Assembly: GCA_050613775.1 (NCBI GenBank)
Contig: JBODTK010000105.1
Span: 496,001 to 560,000 of the forward strand
DNA length: 64,000 nucleotides
Reading direction: 5' to 3'
DNA from: Neocallimastix sp. 'constans'
Taxonomy: Eukaryota
Part shown: positions 1 through 13,348 of the stretch, one piece after another
Layout: each line of letters starts with the position of its first letter
Position numbering within the stretch: the stretch's first letter is position 1
Notes under the pieces: generated by a model
Seen by the model: only the letters and a program-made list of their open reading frames with translations
Databases searched by the model: none
What the model was told of the DNA's origin: nothing
Made by a program: the position numbers and the translations under genes

Positions 1-1050
1 TTCACTTGTGTAATGACATCTTATATCGATATGTTTTGATTTGGGATTGATCATTTCGTTCTCACTAATATATATAGCAAAAAAAAAAACCCATGGTAAC
101 TGATCATATTTGAATCTATAATTAAATCGTTTGGAAACGCAGCATACAGATAATTGCATTTCTTTTTTCTTATCGGAGATTTTATATTTTTAAATCTCTC
201 AATTCCTCAAATATCATTTCCATCTCAGATATAAATATATATCTTCATCTCAAGGATATTTCATGTCTTCCATCTTGTCCTTGAACTCCGATATTCTTCT
301 TTCGTAAATTTTAGTGTTCATGTTTTTGATAAAGTTCATTATTTGAAAAGATTTGAAAAGTACTTAATGACTAAAAATTTATTTTAACTTTTATATCATC
401 TGATATATTATTATTAAGATAATATTTGGCTTTAATATCAGCTTTTACCGTATCTTTCGTAACACTTTCATCGTAATGTAAAATTTCCTTTTTTTTTTTT
501 TTAACTTTTTTAGGTTTAGAAAATATCTTACTTTTTTATTTTGCTTTTATCTATATATATTTTATTTTATTTTTTCTTAAATGTAATTATCAACTCCATT
601 CATTAATAAAAATTAATCCATTTCTTGTTGACTGAAACTTATAATTTTTTTTTAATTAATAAATATTAGTTGCGACACTCTCAGTTTGGTCAACCATTTT
701 GTTATATATAAATATATAAATTAATTATTTATTATTTAATATTATATAATTAATATATTATTAACTTTTGATTCATTGAGAATCTTCGTCTTTTGATACT
801 TTAATTTTGATATTTTAATCTTTAATTTTATTTTATTTTATTTTATTTTATTTTTATTATTTATTAGTGATGACTATTTATTTATAATACTTTAATTACA
901 AGTTTTATATTCTAACTTTATATATTATATATAATATTATGTACATTATAAGTAAGTTACCAATTTACTATAATTCTGAGAATTTATTAAATTAAAATTA
1001 AATATTTTTATTATTTTGTTTTTATTTAGTTAAACTTTATTCTTAATAAA
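1..1050 (-). mobile_element. Degenerate Ty1/copia 5' part (gag remnant, eroded PBS and probable LTR)
   Basis: Minus-strand fragments HYDESVTKDTVKADIKAKY and KCNYLYAAFPNDLIIDSNMISYH align with the copia gag at 35128-36126 (KYNYLYKSLPYDLIHATNIISYH). Frameshifted. Eroded PBS tgagaatcttcgtc at 777-790. Right boundary approximate. Confidence 0.65.
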
Positions 1051-1235
1051 AGGAATGTTTTTTTTTTTTTTTTTTTAAAGAAAAAAATATTAAATATGAA
1101 AAAAAGTTAATAATATATGTATTTTTATATATATAGGAAAGATAATTTTTTTTTTATTTTTATTTATAGGAAAGGTAAGTTTTTTTTTTTTTTTTTTTTT
1201 TACTTTTTTTTTATATTTAAAGGAAAGAAAAGGAT

Positions 1236-1267
<32 letters not shown>

Positions 1268-1314
1268 TTTATTATTTTAAAAATAATAATAAAGCGAAAT
1301 ACATAAATGTAAAA

Positions 1315-1445
1315 ATGTTCAAAATAAGCAAAAAATATAATATATGGCTATTAATTTTACTATATAATTTATATATATGTATATATTATTCTAATTGTTA
1401 TATATATATTTTAATTTTTTATTTAATATTATTGTTCTAATTATA

Positions 1446-1484
<39 letters not shown>

Positions 1485-2313
1485 TTTATTTTATTTTATT
1501 TTATTTTATTTTATTTATAATTTTAATAAAAAAAAATATTATTTGCTTTATTAATTATTTTGTAATTTAAAATAGATGTTGTAAAAACCATTACCTTTAA
1601 TGCCTTAGCATTTTCATATTCAGAAGGGACAGAGGTTTATTCAATATTAATTAATGGATTTAATAAGTATTCAAGACAAAATAATTTAGATATAGACATA
1701 CATTTAAATCTTTTGACAATTTATAATTCTTCAAATGAAATAAAAGATTATAGATCAACATTGGATTTTATTTTACAAAAGGATTATGAGAGATATGATT
1801 TTATTTTTTACGATTTAATTTACTCTTCAAGATTCGGTTCTAATTTATTGGATTTAAAAAATATAATACCAGAAGAAATTAAAGAATATAATCCGAAATT
1901 CATTAATTCAACAGGTTATTATAAAAATAAACTAGTTGGACTTGTAAATTGAATTAAATAATAATTATTATTATTATTATTATTTTTTTTTGTTTAATCC
2001 TGTAATTAATATTTTTTTTAAAAAAAAAATATTTATATATAATAATTGAAAGCCTGTATTTTTAGATTTTTTTGTTTTATATTACAATGAACCTTTATTA
2101 AATAAATATAATCAAAAAGTACCGAAAACATGGAATGAATTATATGATACTGGGAAATATATTATGGAGAAAGAAAAAAAAAATAATAATAACATAATTA
2201 TATATAATGGTTTTTTTCCTGGTATGTTTAATTTATTTATTATGCTTATATCTTTTTTTATTTTAACTAAATATAATAACAATAGAAATCATAATAATAA
2301 TAATAATAATAAT

Positions 2314-2407
<94 letters not shown>

Positions 2408-2712
2408 TATTATATGATATCTTTTAAAATAAATAAAATCTGAAAAATTAAAATTTAATCAATTAGCTGAAGAAAATGGATTTAGCTCTTTGTATGAACT
2501 GATATATTCTTATAGAGAATTTGTAAATTCAACATTTCCTGATTTGAATAGTTTATCAACTGAAAATGCATTCAAAATGATAAAAAAAATAAAAGATGAT
2601 CTATCATCAGGTATAAATATATATATTTATTAAATAATTATTATTTATTAATTTATTTATTTTCTATTTTATTTTATTTATTTTTTTTTTATTATTTGTT
2701 TTTTTATATTAC

Positions 2713-2743
<31 letters not shown>

Positions 2744-4231
2744 TTTTTTTATTTTTTTTTTGTTATTTTTTATATTAACATTAAAATATATATATACTTA
2801 TATTATTTTATTTTATGTATAATAAATGCAGATGAAATATTTCAAATGAAAGCTAATTTTGCAATGAATTGTTTAGATGAAGAAAATTCTTTATTTATTA
2901 AATTTGTAAATACAAGAAAGACTAATTCTATTTATAAAAAAACAATATTGCCTGGAGTTCAGGAAGGAATTTCAGGAGCTACAATTATTGGATATAATAT
3001 TGGAGTAATTAAATATATAAAAGAGGAAAAAAAAAATAAATTAAATTCTGTTTTGTCTTATTTATGTTCAAAAAGTATGCAAAGGACAATTATAATGAAA
3101 AAGTCAGTACTATCTCCTATAACAAGTTTATATGGGGAGGAAGAAGTTTGTCAAAAAATTGATTGTGAAATATATAAAAATATTCAACCTGTATTTAGAC
3201 CTACATCAATGATTGATTATGAGAATTATTCTAATAAATATTTAAATTATTTTAGTAGATATTTGTTTAAAAATGATTCATTGCATGATTCCATAAGAAA
3301 TATTATTGATATAACTAAAATTCATTCAATTTCAATAGGAACAAGTGAAAATATTGTAGGTTTATTTACAGCTATTTCAATATTTTTAATATTGGCATGT
3401 ATTATTGTATCATTTTTTTTCCTATTATATAAAGGTTTTTTGGATTATTTTATATTTATACCAATTGATTTTTGGATAATGAGCATGGTGGGATCAGTTT
3501 CGTTTCTATCAGTTTGCTTTTTGGAGATGGGAACAGTAACAGTTTTAAAATGTCATTTTATACAATTTATTATGAGTGGATCGTTTACTTTAACTGTAGT
3601 TCCAATACTATATAAATTAATTATTGATTATCCCAAAGAAATTAAACTTTTCGAATGGATTTCCTCTAATCGATATTATTTCTTATTGTTTTTTAGTATG
3701 TTTGATATTCTTTTTAATTTACTAACCATCATTTCACCTTTTAAAGTCATCGATAAAATAATTCCGGATGGTCAAAATTATCAAGTATGTTCGTTTAGTG
3801 TATTAGGAAATATAATACTGTGGACCTTATTATTATACAAATTATTAATTATTATTGGTTGCTTATGTATAATGATAGTGGAATGGAAAAGCAATGAAAT
3901 TAAATATGAACTTAATATTTTATTTACTATAATTTTCATATTTTCATTTTCTCTCATTCTTTTATTAATTATATATATTTTTGAAATCAATAATTATATA
4001 TATATATTTATATTAAAAAGTACTATTATTGTTATATTTTCAGTTTCTAATTATGCTTTTATTTTTTACCTTGGAATTAATATGGAAGTGTGTGATAAAA
4101 ATTGGTCAAAAAAAACAATTAATGTTAATAAAGTAAAATATAATATTGATATATCAATAAATACCAGTAGTGTAGCAAATAGAGAAGACTTCACAAATTT
4201 TTATGATACTTCTACCACTACAGATTATTAA
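1315..4231 (+). CDS. SBP-ectodomain class C-like GPCR (receptor 1), 5 exons, ~714 aa
   Basis: Exons 1315-1378, 1576-1943, 2053-2221, 2467-2610, 2832-4231, all GT-AG and in frame. Hydrophobic signal peptide. Sugar-SBP motifs (YDFIFYD, LVGLP, LYYN, PKTWNEL, GYNIGV). Seven hydrophobic segments with a GQNYQVC ECL2 Cys. Confidence 0.85.
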
Positions 4232-4267
4232 ATTTATCATCCCAATAAAAAATATAATAAAAAAATG

Positions 4268-4317
<50 letters not shown>

Positions 4318-4676
4318 CTATATATAGAATTATTTTTTTTTTAAAAAAAATAAATAATAATAATATTTATATCTATATTATTTCATTTATTTTTTATTTA
4401 AAAAATACAATTATAATACTATTTAAAATGATTTTAATAATTAATATATATATATATATTTTTTTTTCTTCATAAAGACAAAAATTAATTTAAAGAAAAA
4501 TTAAATAAAATTAAAATATATCGATTCATATATATATATTTAATCTTTAATAAATAAAATATTTATTTTAATTCATAGATAAATTATTATATTTAAATGG
4601 GAATAAAACTTTTTAATTTTTTTTATTTTGTTTTTTATATATTAACAAGATTAAAGTAATAAAAGGATTTTATTAG

Positions 4677-4714
<38 letters not shown>

Positions 4715-6999
4715 ATATTTTATATTTTTATAAAATTTATTGTATACTACTTTAAAATTGTTTAATTTATACTAGTTGCATAAGAATACTGTATATATAT
4801 ATATAAACATTTTTTTTTTTTTTTTTTTAGTATTATGGAGTTTACACTTAATTTTTATTTTCAATGAAAAAAAAATATAAATATATATATATAATAATGA
4901 ATAGTTTATATAAAATCAATATAAAATTATAAAAATAAAAATAATTAAATAAATATATTTATATATTTTTATACTTCCTTTTAGATGGGTTTTATTTAGC
5001 TTGTAATAAGCTTAATATTATAATACTGAAGAATAAAAAAAAAATTATTTAGATTCAAAAAATTTCATAAAAAAGTTGATTACTTAAAGATTACTTTATC
5101 AGTTATTAATAAATTTCCTTGAATTATTTTTTAAACTTAAAAAATAAAATAAAATCCTTAGAAACCGAGAAAAATTGATATATTAAATATGAAGAATTTC
5201 TATTATTAATTATTTTAATTTATTAAATACTTGAAATTAATAGTCATTCTCTACTACACCTAACTCAACAAAAAATTGAATTTAATATATTGTTTTTCTC
5301 TATGTTTGATAAAAAATTTACTGAATAACCATATTAATTATCTTTATTTTTTTTATTATTTATTAATAAATTATTTAATATCTATAAAGTAGATATGGTT
5401 TTAATACTTTTTATGTTTACTTCATAATTAATAAAACTATTATGCTTCTATGAACCAACAAAATAAAAATTTAGGTGCTTTCGTAGCGTTACACGTAAAT
5501 CCTGTGAGTTTGAGGATTTTTTTTTCTCCTGAAATCAAAGGAGTTCCTTTCGGAAATTTTATTATCATCTATGTAATATTGTGTATCATCCGCAAAAATG
5601 ATTTAATTTTTTTTTTTTTTTAAAATAATAAATTATTTATTGTTTATTATTTTATTTATCTTAATATAATTTTTAAAATATAATTTCTATGCATTTTATT
5701 AATTATTATTGTATAAACTTTAATTATTACAATATATTAATATTATTATTAATAATTTAATAAATAACTAGGTTTAATAACAATATATATTTTGAACCTA
5801 TTCCTAATATATATAATATTAATAATATTTTATTTCAAAAGCTTTTTTTTTTTTATTTCAGAAATGCATTATGTAATTTCAAAACTTTTTTTAATTAATA
5901 ACAACTAGTAATATTTATTTAATATTATAAATATTAACAATAAATATCAATAAAAAAAAAAAAAAAAAAACTTAACCGTACAATTACAAAGAATTTTATA
6001 TATATAAGTTGTGAAAGTTGTAATGTAGTTAATTGCAATCAGTTAGTGACTAATAAATCATTCTCTGAATATCAATTATAAAATCAATATCATACATTTC
6101 ACATATAATAATTAAAATATTTTAATATTATTTTAATGTGACGACGGATGAAACATTATGTTGCATCTTTATTTCACTTTATGTGAAGGAGTAAATCTAA
6201 TATATTAAAACTTAATTATTCTATATTTAAAATAATATTATATACACATAAAAAAAAAAGGAAATATTTTAATATTATACAAAATTTCCTAAATGGTGTA
6301 CAAAATGATTAACATTGAATGAAATTTTCATTAGTTATAATTATATTAAATTGCCTTAAATAACATATAAATTATTTATATTCTCTTTAAAAATAAAAAT
6401 AAATATTATATAATTGATGGTAAAATATATTAAATATATATTAAATTTAATATATTTAAAAATTAAATTTAATTTATTTAAAAAAAATTAAATTTTTTTT
6501 AATAAAATAAAATAAACATAATAATTAAATAAAAAAAAAATTTTTTTTTTTACATAAAATTTAATTTATACTATCTCCAAAAATGATTTGCCAATTTTTA
6601 ATTAAATCATGGCAAATTCCTTAAAAATGATAAAAAAAAAAAAAAAAAAAAATTATTACAATAAGATTATAATTATATGGAGTTTTCTGAATTTTCACTC
6701 ACGATAGTATTATGTATATTAAATCTCCTAAACGGCATAATAATTTTTTTTGATATTTAAAAAATCTCCTAAATGGTGTATAATATAATAGCATTCAATG
6801 AAATATAAATAATATTTTTTTTTTAATTTCTTTTAATTTGTAACGATATTTGTTAATTTCAATTTTATTCTTTACTAATTCCTTCATTTAATTCAATATT
6901 AATATTATTTTATAAAAAATATCTTTTTATTATTATATATAAGGTATTAATAAAAAATATAATATATATGTTATATTATTTAAATTTCTTTATTATATG

Positions 7000-8150
7000 T
7001 GCTATATTATTTAGATTTTTTTATTATTACACCCCACATTATATACTATACTTACATTAATCTTATTTTTTAATAATATTAATTAGATATTTATTATTAT
7101 ATAATACAAATATTAAAATATATTTAAACTAACGATTTAGTTTATATTTTATTATTTAGTAATATTAAACTTTATTTCAAACATTCCTCATAAAGTTTGA
7201 TATTTTAAACTTTTTGTTAAAAAAAATACATTCATTAGTTTTGTCATTAAGTAATACATACTTTTTTTTTTTACATTATGTTCTTTTATATTACTAAGAT
7301 AGTTTTTATTATGAATTATATTGTAATAAGTCCAGAATCCAATATTCATTATAATAATAATAATACTATTATTATTATTTTTTTTTGTAAGAGTTATTTT
7401 CTTGTTCCGTGCTATCAGGAGAGATAATATTCCAAATTAATGCTAGGAAATATATATATATATATATATTTTTTTTTACACTTTTTTAGTATCTCAGTTT
7501 ATTATTAACTAAGACACTGTTAGCAATGATGGTTCTCTTGGTTATTGAAGTCTTCATCTCTAGCATTATTTATGAATGTATTAAAAATATTTTTGCTTAT
7601 TACAATATTTATTTTTTTGTTTCTGTTTTTATTTTCATACTTGCAAATGTTTGCTATGCGTCCTAACTTATGACAGATATAACATCTTGGAATTCTTTTC
7701 TTTTTTTTTATACAACCTATTATAACTTTTGTTATTATTAAATCAACTATTTTAGAATATAAGTTAACTGAATATGGTTTTTGATTTTTTTTTTTAAAAG
7801 ATTTTGATTCTTTCAATTCCTATAAACGGTTTATTAGTTTTTTTTTTACTTATTGAATTTTTACTACATTCTATCCAACCCCTTTCATTGTATAATATCC
7901 CTAAGTAGAAAGTTATATAGATAAATAATCTTGTTTGTAGATGATACTTCTTTATTTAAGCAAGACAATTCAATTCATTAAATGTTTTATTCATATAAGA
8001 AATAGTCATAAAAATTAATTTTCTATATTCATCAATTAATAATTTATTTAATTTATTTTCTTAATATTCTATTCTTTGTTGTGTAGAAAATGAATTGGTT
8101 TCTTAAATAGTTTTGAATAACTATACGCATTAGTATATATATAAAATCTA
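7000..8150 (-). mobile_element. Internally deleted, degenerate Ty1/copia remnant
   Basis: Decayed zinc knuckle RCYICHKLGRIANIC (ORF 7520-7816). Protease-like *ILDSG near 7330-7350. Purine tract followed by LTR start TGTTTGAAATAAAG at 7182 (minus), resembling the LTR starts at 36685 and 45243. Boundaries approximate. Confidence 0.6.
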
Positions 8151-9554
8151 AATTTTTCCAGTAAAAATATTTGTACTACAATGATATAAAAAAAATTTAT
8201 TTTATATAAAACTTAATTATACAGAAAGAATAATTAAGTAGAAACAATAAATTTAATAAAATAAAAATAAAAATAAAAAGGAAAAGGAAAAAAGGAAAAA
8301 TTGTTGAATATATTTAAAGAATTTACTTGGGCATTAAACATTATTAATGCTTCAAAAGTTTCAATTTTACATAATTTCAAAAAAAAAAGTATTCATTTTT
8401 AAAAAAATTTTAATAAACGATTTTCAAAAAAAAAAAAAAAAAAAAAAAAAAGTATTTATTTCTAAAAAATTTTTTAATTATTTATTCTTAATTAAATATT
8501 ATTTTGCTTTGTATAATAAATATCATCCTCTAAGTTTACCTAAAAGTTATTATAAAAAGTATAACACTAGAAAGCATTTAAATTAATTTTTAGAAGAGTA
8601 TAGTAAAAATGTTTTTTTTTTTTTTACTTTTATTATTATTATAAATTAGTTGTAATTATATTTAATGTTTTATTTATTTCTATAAAAAAATATAGATGTA
8701 AAAAAATACTTATTTTTAAAAATGAATTATGATATTATAAAAATATACATGCTTATTATTTTAAAAATATAAACTTAATAACATTAATAATAATATTATA
8801 ATTTAATATTTAATTTATAATGGTTGTTAACACCAATAACATCATATATTTATTTATTATATGTTATAATTATTCACTATCAATTTAAATAAAAATTTAC
8901 ACTTGATCTGTGAAAGCATTAGTGTAGCTGTTCCCCCCTCAATGATGATTTAAGAAATAACTGAAAGAGAAGTTTTTTTTTGTCGTATAAAACGGTGTTT
9001 AAGAAATGCTTTTTTATATTAGCCATCCGTATAGAAACCGAAGAAGTATGGCAAAGAATCCAATAAGAGTCTGATACTTTTAAGGGAGAGACTGAACCTT
9101 TTGTCCTCTCTTCTCATTAATCCCCATCAAAAAAAAAAAAAATAAAAATAAAATAAAATATAATTGGAATTCATTTTAATGAGTAAAATAATAAATATTT
9201 TTAATATATAATTTATTAATATGATAGTTTAATATTATACTAAAATATATATTAATACTATATTATGTATTTTTTTTTTTTTTATGATTTTTCTACTATT
9301 AAGTTTAATTAATACAATTTTATTATTAATGTAAATATTTTTCATTTATTAATGATATTATTATATGTCATATTATTTCATTTATTTATTAAACGATATA
9401 TAATAAATCCCAAATTTTATTATATTTATATTTTAATAAATATTTATATTTTAATAATATCTTATTTATTAGATTAATAACCAAGATATTATTAAAATTA
9501 AAAAACTATTATAATTAAGTTTTAAAAGCCAAATATAAATCAAAGTATATTTAG

Positions 9555-9895
<341 letters not shown>

Positions 9896-11073
9896 AATTA
9901 TCTTTTTTATTTATTTTTTTATTTTTATTAAATTTAAACCATGTTTATTTTCCCCTTTTTTATTTTAATTAACATTATTTTATCTTTTTTTTTAAAATTT
10001 TTATGTAAATATGTAACATATTAGTTAATATTATATGTAGAATCTTCTTTGAAAATAGTCCATAACAAATTAGAAGTATCATTAATTATAAATAGAAAAT
10101 GAATAGTAGTAATAATAAATAATAATAAATAGATATAGAATAATATATTTATTAAACATTCATATATATATTATTATAGGAATAATTTTCATATTTTATA
10201 ATTATATATAATAAAAATTTATCTGATTGACATTCATATATTAATAATTTTATAATAAATTTCATTTATATAAATTACTATTTTTATCACTTGAAAGTTA
10301 TAAATATATATAATTGTTCCATTTATAATAATATTTATAAAAATTAAATTATTTATTTACATAAATCACGAATAATTATAACAATTAATAATTAATAATA
10401 TACAATGAATTATAAATTAGTGAATATTACAAACTTAACTCTTGAAAATTAGATATTATTTAAATATTAAATACTATTTTAAAAATGATTAATTTGAAAA
10501 ATGAATGTTATAAAACTTAATAAAATAAAATAATAAAATTTATTTATTAAAATATTTTATTTTAATATATTATTAATATACAAATAATATATTACTAATA
10601 TAAATTACTAATTTGTTATAATAAATATATAATATATAATAAATAATAAATAATAAATAATAAATATAATAGTAATAATAATAAATATAATAATAGTAAT
10701 AATAATAATATAATAATATAAAAATAATAATAATAATAATAATAAATATATGATAAAAATATATAATTATATAAATAAAATGATAATATTAATAATACTA
10801 AAAATGATATTACTACATTTAATATTATTAATACAAACAATAATTAATGTCTTATTTATAATAAGTTTATGATGAATAAAAAATGATCATTATTAATGTA
10901 TTGTTTTAATATTATTATATATAATAAATTTAATTATCAAGAAAGTAAAAATTACCATTAACATCAATAAAAATAAAAAAAAAAAATTATTCATCAAATA
11001 ATCAGTTATAGTTATTTTATTTATTGGCATCAATAATAAAAATTTTAAATTTATTTTTTGCATATAAAAAATC

Positions 11074-11109
<36 letters not shown>

Positions 11110-12267
11110 TTTCTAATATCCTTCAATTTTAATTTATTATATCAAGAAAAATTTTAATAGTAATAATATTTAGAAATAATATTTAAAGTATGAGTTTTTC
11201 TTAAATATTATTACTATTAAATAGTAACTTTTTTTTTCTTAGATATTATTATTTAAGAATTAACTTTTTTTTTTTTTTTAAATTTGTTTCCAATATAGAT
11301 TATATTAAAAGTAATCATCCTTTTATTATTATTATTATTATCATTATTATGATTAGTAACTGTTTATTATTGTATATATAATTAATATTGATCATTATTA
11401 TATTAAGTATTTTATTTTTAATAATAAGAATATTTTTTTTTATATTATATTATTACTATTATTATTACTATTATTTAATATTGTTTAATAACCATCCCTT
11501 AATAATTATTTGGATCTAAGGTAAAATGACATACAATTAATTTTAATTATCCTTTAATATACTTTATCTAATTATTTTTAATTATCCTTTTAATATACTT
11601 TCTTTAATTAATTTCAAGTCAATTTTATTAAAAATTTAATGTTTTTATTTTAAAAAATAAATATTATTCTTATTGTTACTCTTATTACTATAAATTATAT
11701 TTTAGTAATATTTAAATAATTTTTTTATTCATTATTATTTATTAAAAAAAACAAATATCCAAATTTTCATATGTATAAAAATTTATATTTAAAAGATATA
11801 ATTATATAAATAATTTTTAAGACATTACATTATTTTTTATTTATTATAAAAATAAAATAATAATATAATAATATAATATTTTTATAATGAACATTGTTTA
11901 TAATCATAATATAATATTATTAATATAGTATTTATTCATTTACTTTTAAATAAATTTAGAATTATATAAATATTTACTGTTTATTTATACATATGTAATT
12001 AATTTATTTATATATAAATAAATAAACAATAAAAAATTATTTTTTTATATATAAATAAATTAAGTATTGAGTGCTCTATATCAATGATAAATAATTATAT
12101 ATATATAAATAAATAAACAATAAACAGAAAGTATCGAATAATTTATTATTATTTCTATTATAACATTTTTTTTAATATTTTATATATATTTATATTATTT
12201 TTTTTTTACCCAGTTATATTAATAAAAGATGTGTAGGACAAAAAAAAAAAAAAAAAAAAAAACATGG

Positions 12268-12308
<41 letters not shown>

Positions 12309-13039
12309 TAATATAATAATAAAATTAATATGAAATAAACTTCCACAAATAAATTCACAAATGAAGTCTCTTTTTTACATTATACTAATTATTAATATAA
12401 ATAAAGGTAAATTTTATTGTACAATTAATTAATTAAATTATTATTATTATTATTATTATTATTATAATTATTATTATTATTTTTTTTATAATATTTTTTA
12501 TTTTTTATTTTTTATTTTTTATTTTTTATTTTATATTTTTTTTTAGTTTTTTATTTTTTTTTTTATCTTTTAAAACTTTTTTTATAATTAATTAATTTTA
12601 ATATCAAGAAATAAATTAATAAAAATTTAATAAAAATTTTATATCAAGAAATAAATTAACCTTTTTAATTATTTATATTATTGTTACTAATGACTTTATA
12701 TTCATTATTAATATTTAAAAAGTATATATAAACTCAAATTTTTTCTTAAAAAAAATACTAAAAAAAAAAAGTATTACAGAAAAATTGTATGAAAAAAGAA
12801 ATTTTCATAGAGAAAAGTTTAATAAATATATATATTAAAATATATATTTATAAAAACTATTTATACCATTATATAACAAAAATATAAAAAAAAAGTAGTA
12901 TAGAAATAAAATTATATGAAAATTAAAATTTTTAATATAAAAAGAGTAAAAAATTAAAAACATCAAAAAAAGAAAAAAAATTACATAATAAAAATTAACG
13001 AACAAAATATAATATATACTAAAATAAAAGTCAAAGTTT

Positions 13040-13200
13040 TAAATAAAATAAACAAATTTCAATAAAAAAAAAAAGAATAAAAAATTACAAATATAAAATA
13101 AACAAATTTCAATAAAAAAAAAAAAGAATAAAAAATTACAAATATAAAATAAACAAATTTCAATAAAAAAAAAAAAAAGAATAAAAAATAACAAATATAA
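13040..13200 (+). repeat. ~47-bp tandem repeat (about 3.5 copies) upstream of receptor 2
   Basis: aaaataaacaaatttcaat(a)n-gaataaaaaattacaaatat repeated. Confidence 0.75.
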
Positions 13201-13348
13201 AAATATATTATATAATAAAAATTAAAATATATATATATATAAATACACTACAATTGTATAAAACACACTACAATAAAAGAAGTTTAAAATAAAATAAAAT
13301 AAAAAATTTCAATACCCTAGAGTATATTAATAATAAATTATAGACAAA

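Noticed and set aside
1117..1440. 107-aa hydrophobic ORF
   Set aside because: Low-complexity T-rich sequence; only 1315-1378 is used, as receptor 1 exon 1.
2164..2427. Poly-Asn ORF
   Set aside because: Exon 3 read-through into an intronic AAT microsatellite.
2696..2831. N-terminal poly-Ile/Phe of ORF 2696-4231 as a TM segment
   Set aside because: Intron 4 sequence; the acceptor AG is at 2830-2831.
6280..6810. Repeated cctaaatggtgta motif and small inverted repeat atttgcca/tggcaaat
   Set aside because: Too short to assign; probably decayed repeat DNA.
8898..8909. AGATCAAGTGTA (minus) resembling U2 snRNA
   Set aside because: Only 12 nt match; the GTAGTA branch-pairing region and the 5' stem are absent.
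10616..11126. Short hydrophobic ORFs (also 8347, 17146, 61563, 63752)
   Set aside because: Translations of AAT/poly-T low-complexity DNA.
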